A stretch of 53,705 nt of DNA from a virus (Duplodnaviria > Heunggongvirae > Uroviricota > Caudoviricetes), in the IMG/VR virus record IMGVR_UViG_3300037466_000352, one strand, 5' to 3'. The translations under genes and the position numbers were made by a program. A model generated the notes under the pieces. It did no database searches, was not told where the DNA came from, and was given only the letters and a program-made list of their open reading frames with translations. Each line of letters starts with the position of its first letter. Position 1 is the first letter of the stretch. Positions 28,349-36,410 of the stretch are shown in pieces.

Positions 28349-28377
28349 TTGCTTAGAATTCCCAAGTGTGGTATAAT
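28349..28377 (+). promoter_or_regulatory. promoter TTGCTT-N17-TATAAT with AATTCCCA box and TGn extension
   Basis: TTGCTTAGAATTCCCAAGTGTGGTATAAT upstream of gp62/regA. Confidence 0.7.
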
Positions 28378-28570
28378 GTGAAAACATCATGACGATGTGA
28401 TTTTGAGATGAAAACTACAGATATGAGCACGACAAAGAAACAACGTAAGCATTCCGACGACAGCATATTCGATGAAATCGAAGCCGAACTCCCAGAAGAC
28501 CTCTCAAATCTGATGGTTGAAGGCCGTCGTATCGAAAGTCACTCGTCATCACGCAGTTGGTTGGATGACG

Positions 28571-29062
28571 ATGGCAGGTAGAAAGAAGAAAGCAGAACAG
28601 GTAGAACAAGGTTCATCACTGGCAGAACTCTTGGGGATGGACCCAACCGTCCCCGCCCCTACCGAAGACCCAGCAGCACCAAAGAAGCTCTCGCCGTTCG
28701 ATTTCCTGAACGCGATCAATTACACCAAAGAAAACCTGATTGTCGATGAAGAAACGGAGAAGCAATATCAGCCGTTCATCGTCAATCGCGGTCTAGCGAA
28801 TTCGATGGATACGGTCATCTACGCGAACGAGATGAATTCCCGTCCTCACATCGAGAAAGCCGCGCAGTTCGCATTCCTACGCCGCACCGTAACGAAGCGC
28901 AAGCGTTACGACAAGTGGGTTAAACCGGAAGTAGTTGAAAACCTCGAAATGGTGAAGGAATACTATGGTTATTCAGACCAAAAAGCAATCGACGCTCTCA
29001 GTATCCTTACACCGCAGCAACTTGAATACATTAGAAATACCAAAGGCGGTACGCAAGCATGA
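28571..29062 (+). CDS. gp62: clamp loader small subunit
   Basis: SPFDFLNAIN, YQPFIVNRGL, ANEMN, RKRYDKW. Confidence 0.9.
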   Translation: MAGRKKKAEQVEQGSSLAELLGMDPTVPAPTEDPAAPKKLSPFDFLNAINYTKENLIVDEETEKQYQPFIVNRGLANSMDTVIYANEMNSRPHIEKAAQFAFLRRTVTKRKRYDKWVKPEVVENLEMVKEYYGYSDQKAIDALSILTPQQLEYIRNTKGGTQA

Positions 29063-29484
29063 CCCTGAATATCAACTTTCACACCGATGGCCGTTTTGAT
29101 TACAAGCCGTTGGAAGTGCGTCTCAACAAGGAAGACGACTTCCTGAAGATTCGCGAAACCCTTACCCGCATCGGTGTGGCGAGTAAGAAAGAACAAAAGC
29201 TGTACCAGTCATGCCATATTCTGCACAAGCAAGGTCGTTACTACATTGTGCATTTCAAAGAGTTGTTCGCACTCGATGGCAAGCAGACTGACCTCGTAGA
29301 CAATGATCTGGAACGCCGCAACACAATCGCCAAGCTTCTTCAAGATTGGAATCTGTTGAAAGTTGTCGATCAAACGATCCTGAACCATCTCGCGCCGATG
29401 TCCCAAATCAAAGTCATCGCCTTCAAGGACAAATCCAACTGGAACCTTGAAGCGAAGTATTCGATGCAATCCGCCAACAAGTGA
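29059..29484 (+). CDS. regA: translational repressor
   Basis: DDFLKIRETLTRIGVAS, LYQSCHILHKQGRYYIVHFKELFALDG. Confidence 0.97.
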   Translation: MTLNINFHTDGRFDYKPLEVRLNKEDDFLKIRETLTRIGVASKKEQKLYQSCHILHKQGRYYIVHFKELFALDGKQTDLVDNDLERRNTIAKLLQDWNLLKVVDQTILNHLAPMSQIKVIAFKDKSNWNLEAKYSMQSANK

Positions 29485-29753
29485 ATAGCAACATGAACAG
29501 CAATAACAGCATTATCATCGACGAAAACGGTGAAGAAGCAACCGACGAACTGAAGCAGCAATTCGAACATCCGGTGAAGGTCGAGCGTCGCGGCAAGAAC
29601 ATCGTTCTCACTCAGAACGGTATCGTCATCGGCACACTATCAGGGGCCAAGAAGCTGTCCTACGGCAAAGGCATCCAAGATCGATTCCAAGAGAAGCGCC
29701 GCCAAGCGTATATCGCCAAGCAAGCAAAACAGCAACAAGCAACCAACGAATAA
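29481..29753 (+). CDS. hypothetical protein
   Basis: Coupled ORF. Confidence 0.5.
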   Translation: MNSNMNSNNSIIIDENGEEATDELKQQFEHPVKVERRGKNIVLTQNGIVIGTLSGAKKLSYGKGIQDRFQEKRRQAYIAKQAKQQQATNE

Positions 29754-30091
29754 TGAGCAATCCGAACGTTTCCATCCTGGCCCTGACCAACGGGCAAGTC
29801 GTCATCGCAGAAGTCGTCGTGCAACAGAACCAAGAATCCGGCGAACTTCTGGTCAATCTGGTCAACCCGTGTGCGATCACGCAAAGTGAACCTGACGAAA
29901 AAGGTCTGGTAAATGCGTCCTTCACGCCAATCGCGACCCTATGTGCGAACCAGACGGTTCAGGTCAACGGCCAGCAGATCGTCTATTCGGCTGCTCCCGA
30001 AGACGGCTTCATGCAAGCCTACCTGTCGCGATTTCAGAAGTCAGAAATCCTGACGCCGCCCGAGAAGAAGCTGATCGTTCCGGGTCAGTGA
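29753..30091 (+). CDS. hypothetical protein, possibly Sm-like fold
   Basis: LALTNGQVVIAEV...LVNPCAI...F.PI pattern. Confidence 0.5.
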   Translation: MSNPNVSILALTNGQVVIAEVVVQQNQESGELLVNLVNPCAITQSEPDEKGLVNASFTPIATLCANQTVQVNGQQIVYSAAPEDGFMQAYLSRFQKSEILTPPEKKLIVPGQ

Positions 30092-30161
30092 TTGTGGCCT
30101 ATGGGGAGTTTTCAGGATTCTCCCAAGGTTGTGATAACGGCAACCTTAACAACCCCTGACC

Positions 30162-30197
30162 CAAGGCCGGGAATGTTTCTTGACATTCCCGGCCTTG
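30162..30197. terminator. 15-bp perfect hairpin at the island boundary
   Basis: CAAGGCCGGGAATGT-ttcttg-ACATTCCCGGCCTTG. Confidence 0.55.
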
Positions 30198-30272
30198 TCG
30201 TTTAGAATTCCCGAAGCTACACATACCAACGGGCGTCTTTTGGATCGAGATGATCACACGTCGCGATATCTC

Positions 30273-30301
30273 TTGACAATTCCCAAACTTGTAGGTATGA
30301 T
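30273..30301 (+). promoter_or_regulatory. early sigma70 promoter with TTCCCA box
   Basis: TTGACA-attcccaaacttgtagg-TATGAT. Confidence 0.75.
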
Positions 30302-30330
30302 TCTGTTCATACCAACTTAGGAGTCAGAAC

Positions 30331-30639
30331 ATGAAAATGAGCGATGCGCAGTACAAAGAATTGAAGGACTCCATCGACGTGATCGCGAAGCACTGCAAGA
30401 TCGAACGCAGTCAAAACACGTCGATGGCGGTCATGTGGGCGTTGGTTCATGAAGTGAATGCGCAGAAGTCGTATAGCAGCGATCATCCTCGCTGGGTCAC
30501 GATTCCGCGCCTGTTGCACTACAGCCCACACGAACCGTACTACTACCTCGATACGTTGTACCGGTCTGGGCTGAACGACAGCCATATTGAGACGGCCCTC
30601 AAGCAGATTCGGAAGGATTGGGAAAAAGAACAAAAGTAG
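30331..30639 (+). CDS. hypothetical early protein
   Basis: AGGAG RBS after the promoter. Confidence 0.65.
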   Translation: MKMSDAQYKELKDSIDVIAKHCKIERSQNTSMAVMWALVHEVNAQKSYSSDHPRWVTIPRLLHYSPHEPYYYLDTLYRSGLNDSHIETALKQIRKDWEKEQK

Positions 30640-30667
30640 TTGACAAGAATTCCCAAGTCTGTATAAT
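30632..30667 (+). promoter_or_regulatory. early promoter repeat, copy A
   Basis: AAAAGTAG-TTGACA-agaattcccaagtctg-TATAAT; near-identical to 41631-41666. Confidence 0.8.
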
Positions 30668-30701
30668 CATTTCCATCGACAACAAACACGGAGTGACAAA
30701 C

Positions 30702-31319
30702 ATGATTTCTTACAGCCCTGACCAAGACACGAACGCTGAACGCTTCCTGCTGATCCGCTGCGAGAACGACCGTTCCAGCGACTACGCACACATCACGGCC
30801 TACGTGGTCCGTGCTGCGGTTCCGTCGAGCAAGAACCCGGACACGATGCGTGACGAGTACAACGATGGCCCGAACGCCATCGGCTTCCGCAACTGTTCGT
30901 GGTCGTCGGGCGCAAAGAGCGCCGTGTTTGTCGAAGACCTGAAGGTTCACTCGCAAATCACGAAGCGCAACTGGTCGGATGGTACGCCTTCGACCGACTT
31001 CAAGCCCTACGGCATCGGTCTGCGCTTCATGAACATTCATGCGCTGGAAGCACGCGAAGCGGCGCACATACACAACACGTTCGTCAAGGTGCAGAAGAAG
31101 CTGGACAAGCTGGACGAAGAGTTCGGTCACGGCGACGCAGACCTTGCCACGTTCATCGTGCGTGTGGCAAATGCCCTTGGCATCAAGAAGTTCCTGACCT
31201 ACGGCAAGGACACCCGCGACTTCTCGCTGGACCGTGCGGACCTGAAGGTGTGGGCTGCGAAGGACGTGAACTGGCTGGTCAACAACTACATCGAAGAACT
31301 GAAGCCGAAGGCTGCATGA
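30702..31319 (+). CDS. hypothetical early protein
   Basis: GGAG RBS before ATG 30702. Confidence 0.7.
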   Translation: MISYSPDQDTNAERFLLIRCENDRSSDYAHITAYVVRAAVPSSKNPDTMRDEYNDGPNAIGFRNCSWSSGAKSAVFVEDLKVHSQITKRNWSDGTPSTDFKPYGIGLRFMNIHALEAREAAHIHNTFVKVQKKLDKLDEEFGHGDADLATFIVRVANALGIKKFLTYGKDTRDFSLDRADLKVWAAKDVNWLVNNYIEELKPKAA

Positions 31320-31534
31320 GACTGACACGACATACCTTCACGGTGTATCCGCCGTGCTATCGACCGGGTGACGGCTACAAGGTCGTTCACTCGGTCCTAC
31401 AGGCAAAGAAGCTGGCCTACAAGTTCGGCGTTGGCGCTGAAGTCTGGCGCTGGACCCGCACCAAGGGACGTAAGGACGACCAGTTCTTGCACTCAACATC
31501 AAGCAGTGATTTCGAGTTCGAAGTATGCGATTAG
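31316..31534 (+). CDS. hypothetical protein
   Basis: ATGA coupling. Confidence 0.5.
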   Translation: MRLTRHTFTVYPPCYRPGDGYKVVHSVLQAKKLAYKFGVGAEVWRWTRTKGRKDDQFLHSTSSSDFEFEVCD

Positions 31535-32046
31535 AGAATGACGACCCGTACAAGTGGGTCAAGCTGGTCGATGTCACTGATCTGAAGCAATCGATCCTGC
31601 ATATCCCCGCAAGTCACTGGAAGGGTTCGTTCTCGCGTAGCACGGACCAACATATGCTGAACGCGGATGTGGACTCGATAGTGATTCGTCACGGCATCAA
31701 GCAGGGTTCCCCGATGTACCGGAATACCGAAGCCTACGACCTGATCCGCGAACCGCTGGAAGCCGTTCTGAAGCAGTTACCGGGCGCTGATAGGGTGCGT
31801 CTCGCAAACCTTCGGGCTGGCGGAAAGATACCGCAGCACGTCGATGCTGCGCCGTATTTCAATCTGCAACACCGACTTCATGTACCGATCATCACCAACA
31901 AGCATGTGTTTTTCGATGTGAACAACAGCATCAAGCGCATGATGGAAGGTGAAGTGTGGGAAATAAACAACATTGTCCCGCACGGAGTTTACAACTTTGG
32001 GAATTCTGATAGAATACACATGGTGGTTGACTACTATGACGTATAG
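31525..32046 (+). CDS. aspartyl/asparaginyl beta-hydroxylase-like 2OG-Fe(II) oxygenase
   Basis: GGKIPQHVD, RLHVPIITN, GEVWEINN..PHGVYN, RIHMVVD. Confidence 0.85.
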   Translation: MRLENDDPYKWVKLVDVTDLKQSILHIPASHWKGSFSRSTDQHMLNADVDSIVIRHGIKQGSPMYRNTEAYDLIREPLEAVLKQLPGADRVRLANLRAGGKIPQHVDAAPYFNLQHRLHVPIITNKHVFFDVNNSIKRMMEGEVWEINNIVPHGVYNFGNSDRIHMVVDYYDV

Positions 32047-32314
32047 CCAGTTGGTGCAAAGCTTGATGTGGGCGGTCGATAACCGGATTTACGGCAATGT
32101 CCACGGCGTGCGGGAAACCGTGAAGCGTCATGTTCTCGAAGCGTATGGAAAGGGTCATCTTCCTGCCAAGCTTGGGAAAGAATGGTGTGTTGGGTTCAAG
32201 GTCCACAAGACGTTCTTTGATGTGACTGTTTATCCCATCCTTGTCGGTCCTAAGCCGCCAAGCCGGATTCGCGACAAATACTACAATCAGGTGACGTTCA
32301 GCCGTGGTGTGTAG
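32036..32314 (+). CDS. hypothetical protein
   Basis: Coupled ORF. Confidence 0.5.
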   Translation: MTYSQLVQSLMWAVDNRIYGNVHGVRETVKRHVLEAYGKGHLPAKLGKEWCVGFKVHKTFFDVTVYPILVGPKPPSRIRDKYYNQVTFSRGV

Positions 32315-32332
32315 AAGAAGTAGAAAAGTAGA

Positions 32333-32369
32333 AAAAGTAGTTGACGAGTTCCCAAGTTTGTGAGATAAT
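32333..32369 (+). promoter_or_regulatory. early promoter repeat, copy B
   Basis: AAAAGTAG-TTGACG-agttcccaagtttgtga-GATAAT. Confidence 0.7.
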
Positions 32370-32399
32370 GTCGTTATTGATTGAGAAGGAAGCAACAGG

Positions 32400-32669
32400 A
32401 TGTTCGTAGCGAACTTTGACCCGAAACAGTTGGTGCAGTATTACGTGGCGATTCAACGCCACAAGATGTACAGCCCGCCATATGAACTGTGGATCGAAGA
32501 CAAGCCCGGTAGTTCTGGTCTTCGTCAAGACGGCATGGTTCTTCCGAACGACTACTCGTTGCATGTGAGTTCGTTCCTGACTCCCGACAAGAAGCCGAAT
32601 CTTTCCCTGTTCTGGGCTGCGTTCCGCGAAGTCGAAGCAGAAGCGAACGGAATCGTGAAGAGAGTCTAG
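32400..32669 (+). CDS. hypothetical early protein
   Basis: ORF after the promoter. Confidence 0.6.
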   Translation: MFVANFDPKQLVQYYVAIQRHKMYSPPYELWIEDKPGSSGLRQDGMVLPNDYSLHVSSFLTPDKKPNLSLFWAAFREVEAEANGIVKRV

Positions 32670-33202
32670 TGTCTCGATACCATACCCCGAACTATCAGAT
32701 ACGGAATGCGCTTGCTACGCGTCCTGCACCGAAAGGTGATCTGATCGCAGTCCCCGGACATGAGAAGTATTTGTTCTGTCCCGAGACTGACTGGCTGTAC
32801 AGCACCAAGATGTCGGTGGATTACTATCCGCTGAAGCGCATTGAACCGGAAGAGTGGAATGACCACTTCGACGGTTGGGAAGTTTCTGACAACAACGTGA
32901 AGGTCCGACTACCCGTCACCTTCCTTCGTGAATTGAAAGGTAAGCAAAGCATGTGGAATGAACCGAAGCAAATCAACAACGCAGCGAACCCGACCGGCGT
33001 CGAATTCAAGGGCAAGTTCCTGATCGGCAGTATCGACAAGAAGACCGGTGCGGTCAGCTTCAGCGTGTTCCCGGCACGTCAGCCGTCACTTGAAGCCGCG
33101 AAGAAAGAAGCTGGCCGTCTGGCGATGCTGCACAAAGACAAGCACTTTATGGCCGTGTCCGTGGAAGCAATCGCGACCGTTCAGGAAGTTGTGTTCCTGT
33201 AA
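32669..33202 (+). CDS. hypothetical protein
   Basis: GTG start coupled to the upstream stop. Confidence 0.55.
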   Translation: MSRYHTPNYQIRNALATRPAPKGDLIAVPGHEKYLFCPETDWLYSTKMSVDYYPLKRIEPEEWNDHFDGWEVSDNNVKVRLPVTFLRELKGKQSMWNEPKQINNAANPTGVEFKGKFLIGSIDKKTGAVSFSVFPARQPSLEAAKKEAGRLAMLHKDKHFMAVSVEAIATVQEVVFL

Positions 33203-33227
33203 AAGAACAACAAGAGAAGTAGAGAAG

Positions 33228-33449
33228 ATGACGAAGCAAACAGTGTATTACACGGAAGCACTCGGTCCCATCGTGAAGGGGCAACGCGCGAACGTGGTCG
33301 CATACGAACATTACCGTCTCGGTCGTGTCGGTTTGGGTGGATACCTGCATACGTCGAAGGTCGTGTCGGTAGGCGAAGACGGTACGACCTTCGAGACGCA
33401 GAACTCGATCTACGTGCTGCGCGATGCAGTAGAAAGCGACGCTGCATAA
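33228..33449 (+). CDS. hypothetical protein
   Basis: ATG 33228; LHTSKVV...FETQNSIY pattern. Confidence 0.55.
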   Translation: MTKQTVYYTEALGPIVKGQRANVVAYEHYRLGRVGLGGYLHTSKVVSVGEDGTTFETQNSIYVLRDAVESDAA

Positions 33450-33468
33450 ATCTCGAAGTTTCGGGATG

Positions 33469-33476
33469 TATAAATA
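33469..33476 (+). promoter_or_regulatory. perfect T4 late promoter TATAAATA
   Basis: 20 nt before the first tRNA; identical boxes at 35749 and 38426. Confidence 0.8.
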
Positions 33477-33495
33477 GATCACCGAAACAAACTGT

Positions 33496-33573
33496 GCCCC
33501 TTTAGCTCTTAACTGGCAGAGCAGCGGATTTGTAATCCGATGGTTGGCGGTTCGAATCCGTCAAGGGGCACCA
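33496..33573 (+). tRNA. tRNA-Thr(UGU)
   Basis: GCCCCTT/AAGGGGC acceptor, TTCGAAT T-loop, loop TT-TGT-AA, encoded CCA. Confidence 0.9.
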
Positions 33574-33583
33574 AGAATTCAAA

Positions 33584-33771
33584 CCGGGATTAGCTCAGTG
33601 GTTTTCATGAAAATGTGTCTGATCCACACTTGGTCATGATAGGTCGTTGTGTAAGGAAGTTTGGTGGACGCAGAGTAACGTTCCTGAACATACCAGAAAG
33701 AGATACACGACTTCAGAGCGTCGGTCTGATAAACCGAAGGTCGCAGTGTTCGAATCCTGCATCCCGGACCA
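33584..33771 (+). tRNA. tRNA-Ile(GAU)-like RNA with ~110-nt structured insertion in the D-loop
   Basis: CCGGGAT/ATCCCGG acceptor, GCTC/GAGC D-stem separated by the insert, TCGGT-CTGATAA-ACCGA anticodon arm, TTCGAAT, CCA. Confidence 0.8.
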
Positions 33772-33789
33772 AACAACTAGTGAATGGAA

Positions 33790-33975
33790 ATGGCACGTGA
33801 ATTTCTGAAAGAAGTACAACGCCGTGGTCGTGCGCTACGACTGATGGAGAATCGGATTGGGATTATGCCCTTGACTATCAAGGACTACGAAAATCTCAAA
33901 AAGAAGTATGAAAACAACGATGTTGTGAAAACAGACGTGTACGGAAACATCATCCGCCCGTACACCCTTCATTAA
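33790..33975 (+). CDS. hypothetical protein
   Basis: ORF between RNA genes. Confidence 0.5.
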   Translation: MAREFLKEVQRRGRALRLMENRIGIMPLTIKDYENLKKKYENNDVVKTDVYGNIIRPYTLH

Positions 33976-33987
33976 AGGAAATACAAG

Positions 33988-34200
33988 ATGTCGCGCCAAT
34001 CGAAGCAAGCAAAGAACGCAGCCCGCGCCAAGATGTTCAAGAACGGTGGTCCGAAGTCCACCACGCCGAAGCACGGTAAAGACCCGGCGAAGCGTATCTA
34101 CACGGCCCGCAGCCGTTCTCTGGCAGAGTTCCAAGCCAAGGCCAAGGAAGCCCGCAAGGGTTCGAAGGCTGCACCGCGTGGCGCTCGCGTAGCGGCATAA
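33988..34200 (+). CDS. small highly basic protein
   Basis: AAGGA RBS; K/R/A-rich. Confidence 0.6.
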   Translation: MSRQSKQAKNAARAKMFKNGGPKSTTPKHGKDPAKRIYTARSRSLAEFQAKAKEARKGSKAAPRGARVAA

Positions 34201-34347
34201 CAGGTTTGTTCGCCCGGAAGCACTTGAATGTGGCAGCGAATGCGTGTGAGAAACCGGATGAATCGCACGACCTAAGTACCGACTGGTAAAAGTGGCTGTG
34301 GTAAGTCAAGCACGGTACATCGTCCCGACTGATCCCCGTAAGGGATT
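34201..34347 (+). ncRNA. candidate multi-hairpin ncRNA
   Basis: Stems TTCGC/GCGAA, GTGTGA/TCGCAC, GTACCG/CGGTAC, GATCCC/GGGATT in a non-coding gap. Confidence 0.4.
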
Positions 34348-34371
34348 GGATTGTTAGTCATGGGAAATGAA

Positions 34372-34824
34372 ATGAGTCTGTTGGAAAGCATCAAGGTCGA
34401 TCAACGCAATGCACGCATCGTGCGTGACACGGTAAAGGCAACGGTCCTTACCACGCTGATCGGTGAAGTAGAAGGCGAACTGACCCGGCTGAAGCCGGAA
34501 CAGCGCACCGCAGAGAAAACCAATGCAACGGTTCTCGCGAAGATCAAACAGTTCCTTGACAAGATTCGAGAGAACGAACTGATCGCGGGTGATCGACGCG
34601 ATAGCGACTGGTGCGATGAACTTCAGAAAGAACGTGAAGCCATCGAAGGGTATATGCCACGCCAGATGGACAAGTCGGAACTGAAGCGAGTTCTGATTCA
34701 GAAGTTCGGTGATGCCATTCGTACAGAAAGTAAAGGCGTCCTGATGAAGTTCCTGAAGGAAGGTTTCGCTGGTCGTTATGACGGTAAGCTGGCAGCACAA
34801 GTCGTAGACGAGTTTTTGAAGTAA
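34372..34824 (+). CDS. GatB/YqeY-domain protein
   Basis: A....D..KATVLTTLIGE, E...IEGYMP.QM, G..MK.LK..FAGRYDGK. Confidence 0.8.
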   Translation: MSLLESIKVDQRNARIVRDTVKATVLTTLIGEVEGELTRLKPEQRTAEKTNATVLAKIKQFLDKIRENELIAGDRRDSDWCDELQKEREAIEGYMPRQMDKSELKRVLIQKFGDAIRTESKGVLMKFLKEGFAGRYDGKLAAQVVDEFLK

Positions 34825-34894
34825 GCCTACATGGTCGTAAATGTAATCGACTAAGCCCCGCAAGGGAAACAACAGAAGTAGAGAAGGAAAAGCA

Positions 34895-35194
34895 ATGAGT
34901 CTTAAAGACGTAGTGGAAAAGGTCGAAGCAGAAGTGAAGCACGTTCTGCAAGAACTGAATCCGTTCGCGCACAAGGCCGAAGCTGAAGTCCAAGACGTTG
35001 CCGCTGAAGCGCAAGCTGACGTGACCAAGGTCGAAGGCGAAGTTCAAGCCGATGTCGCGAAGGCTGAAGACGCAGCGAAGACGGAAGTCGCCGCTGTCGA
35101 ACAGAAGGCCGTAGAAGCCGCTGGTACGGCTGCGGCAACTGATGCGCAGAAGGTTGTGGCCGGTGCGGTCGCGAGCGTCGTAGCGAGCCTGTAA
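34895..35194 (+). CDS. Ala/Val/Glu-rich low-complexity protein
   Basis: AGAAGGA RBS; imperfect EAEVQ/QADV repeats. Confidence 0.6.
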   Translation: MSLKDVVEKVEAEVKHVLQELNPFAHKAEAEVQDVAAEAQADVTKVEGEVQADVAKAEDAAKTEVAAVEQKAVEAAGTAAATDAQKVVAGAVASVVASL

Positions 35195-35268
35195 AGCGGT
35201 CAGAGAAGTATTCGGTCGTGGGTGAGACGGAACGGTAGTCATGTTACCCGTTCCCACGTCCGGGAGAT

Positions 35269-35358
35269 GGCGAGTTGGTAGAGTGGTTTATTGCAGCGGT
35301 CTTGAAAACCGCCGACCCCTAAAAAGGTCCGTGAGTTCGAATCTCACACTCGCCGCCA
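35269..35358 (+). tRNA. tRNA-Ser(UGA)
   Basis: GGCGAGT/ACTCGCC, loop CT-TGA-AA, long variable arm, G73, CCA. Confidence 0.92.
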
Positions 35359-35387
35359 TGAACATCAACCAAGTGAAGAGAAACTAG

Positions 35388-35591
35388 ATGATTCGCGTAG
35401 AACGAAATGAAGTGGCATTCCAACCCGTAACGCTGGTGATCGAAAGCCAGAACGATCTTGACACGTTCGAAAAGATTCTGAAGGCTGCATACGATAGCAC
35501 GCCGCGCTACAGCGACGAAGAAACGATGGCGCAGAACCTTCTTTCCGAAATCGCCGGTGGTGGTTGGCAATCTTCATCGGCAAGCTGCTGA
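35388..35591 (+). CDS. hypothetical protein
   Basis: ORF between RNA genes. Confidence 0.5.
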   Translation: MIRVERNEVAFQPVTLVIESQNDLDTFEKILKAAYDSTPRYSDEETMAQNLLSEIAGGGWQSSSASC

Positions 35592-35597
35592 TTCAGT

Positions 35598-35724
35598 GGT
35601 TCTGGTGACTGAGTGGTTTAAGGTCTGGTCCAAGCGGATGTCAACAGGCGTACATCTGCGAAAACCGTTGGGGCGTGACTTAGTTGACACGCTCACGTGA
35701 GTTCGAATCTCACCCGGAACCCCA
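35598..35724 (+). ncRNA. tRNA-Ser-derived tRNA-like RNA with a hairpin in place of the anticodon loop
   Basis: GTTCTGG/CCGGAAC acceptor plus G-1:C73, D-loop GAGTGGTTTA and T-arm GTGAGTTCGAATCTCAC identical to tRNA-Ser, 8-bp inserted hairpin, CCA. Confidence 0.75.
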
Positions 35725-35748
35725 TGAAATTCTCAAAATTTTGATCTG

Positions 35749-35756
35749 TATAAATA
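35749..35756 (+). promoter_or_regulatory. late promoter TATAAATA
   Basis: 14 nt before the ferritin-like ORF. Confidence 0.75.
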
Positions 35757-35769
35757 GAAGACTGAAACG

Positions 35770-36315
35770 ATGAAGACATCGCAACAGTGGTGGAATGAAG
35801 TCAAGCAGTCCCCGGCATTGCTGAAGGAATGGCTGACCAAGCAGTTCATCGGTGAAGTAACCGCAGCCGGTCGTATTGAGATGTTCGCTGACAAGTTCAG
35901 GCCGCAACACCCGGTGTCGAATACGGCGCGACGCGTCCTTCTCGCAATCGCGCGACAAGAACGCCAACACGCGGATTGGGTTGCAACCCTTCTGGATTCG
36001 CGTGGCATCAAGGTCGATGCTGAAGCGCTGGAACGCGCTGAAGACCGGTACTGGAAAGAAACCCTTCCCGGCATCACGGACTTCGAGACGGGTACTGCCG
36101 TCGCAGCACACGCCGAAGGCATGCGTCTGGAACGCATCCGTGTCATCTGCAACGATGACGAATCGCCGGAAGACATTCGTTTGGTGTTCAAACGAATCCT
36201 GAAGGACGAAGAGTGGCACGAAGCTACCTTCACTGCGCTGTCAACGCCTGAAGCGCTGGCAGCAACGAAAGGCAACCATGAACTAGGCCTGAAAGCGCTA
36301 GGTTTGGAAGCCTAA
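35770..36315 (+). CDS. ferritin-like diiron-carboxylate protein
   Basis: GEVTAAGRI, QERQH, AEGMRLER, DEEWH (two E..H helix pairs). Confidence 0.78.
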   Translation: MKTSQQWWNEVKQSPALLKEWLTKQFIGEVTAAGRIEMFADKFRPQHPVSNTARRVLLAIARQERQHADWVATLLDSRGIKVDAEALERAEDRYWKETLPGITDFETGTAVAAHAEGMRLERIRVICNDDESPEDIRLVFKRILKDEEWHEATFTALSTPEALAATKGNHELGLKALGLEA

Positions 36316-36325
36316 ATAGAATTAC

Positions 36326-36401
36326 TGCGGGTTAGTGCAGCGGTCAGCATAGCGGGTTCATATCCCGAAGGTCACTGGTTCGAATCCAGTACCCGCAACC
36401 A
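36326..36401 (+). tRNA. tRNA-Met(CAU), initiator-like
   Basis: Three consecutive G-C pairs closing the anticodon loop (GGG/CCC), weak U1-A72, CCA; CCTAAATA at 36311. Confidence 0.85.
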
Positions 36402-36410
36402 AGTTTCAAT

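Noticed and set aside
33602-33711. Group I/II intron, archaeal BHB intron or hammerhead ribozyme as the identity of the tRNA-Ile insert
   Set aside because: Too short for group I/II, no bulge-helix-bulge at the junctions, and CTGATCC is not the hammerhead CTGANGA core; left unclassified.
35229-35270. HDV-like (theta) ribozyme near tRNA-Ser, suggested by CCG-TTCCCACGT-CCGG
   Set aside because: I could not find matching P1/P2 strands, and the element is 5' rather than 3' of the tRNA.
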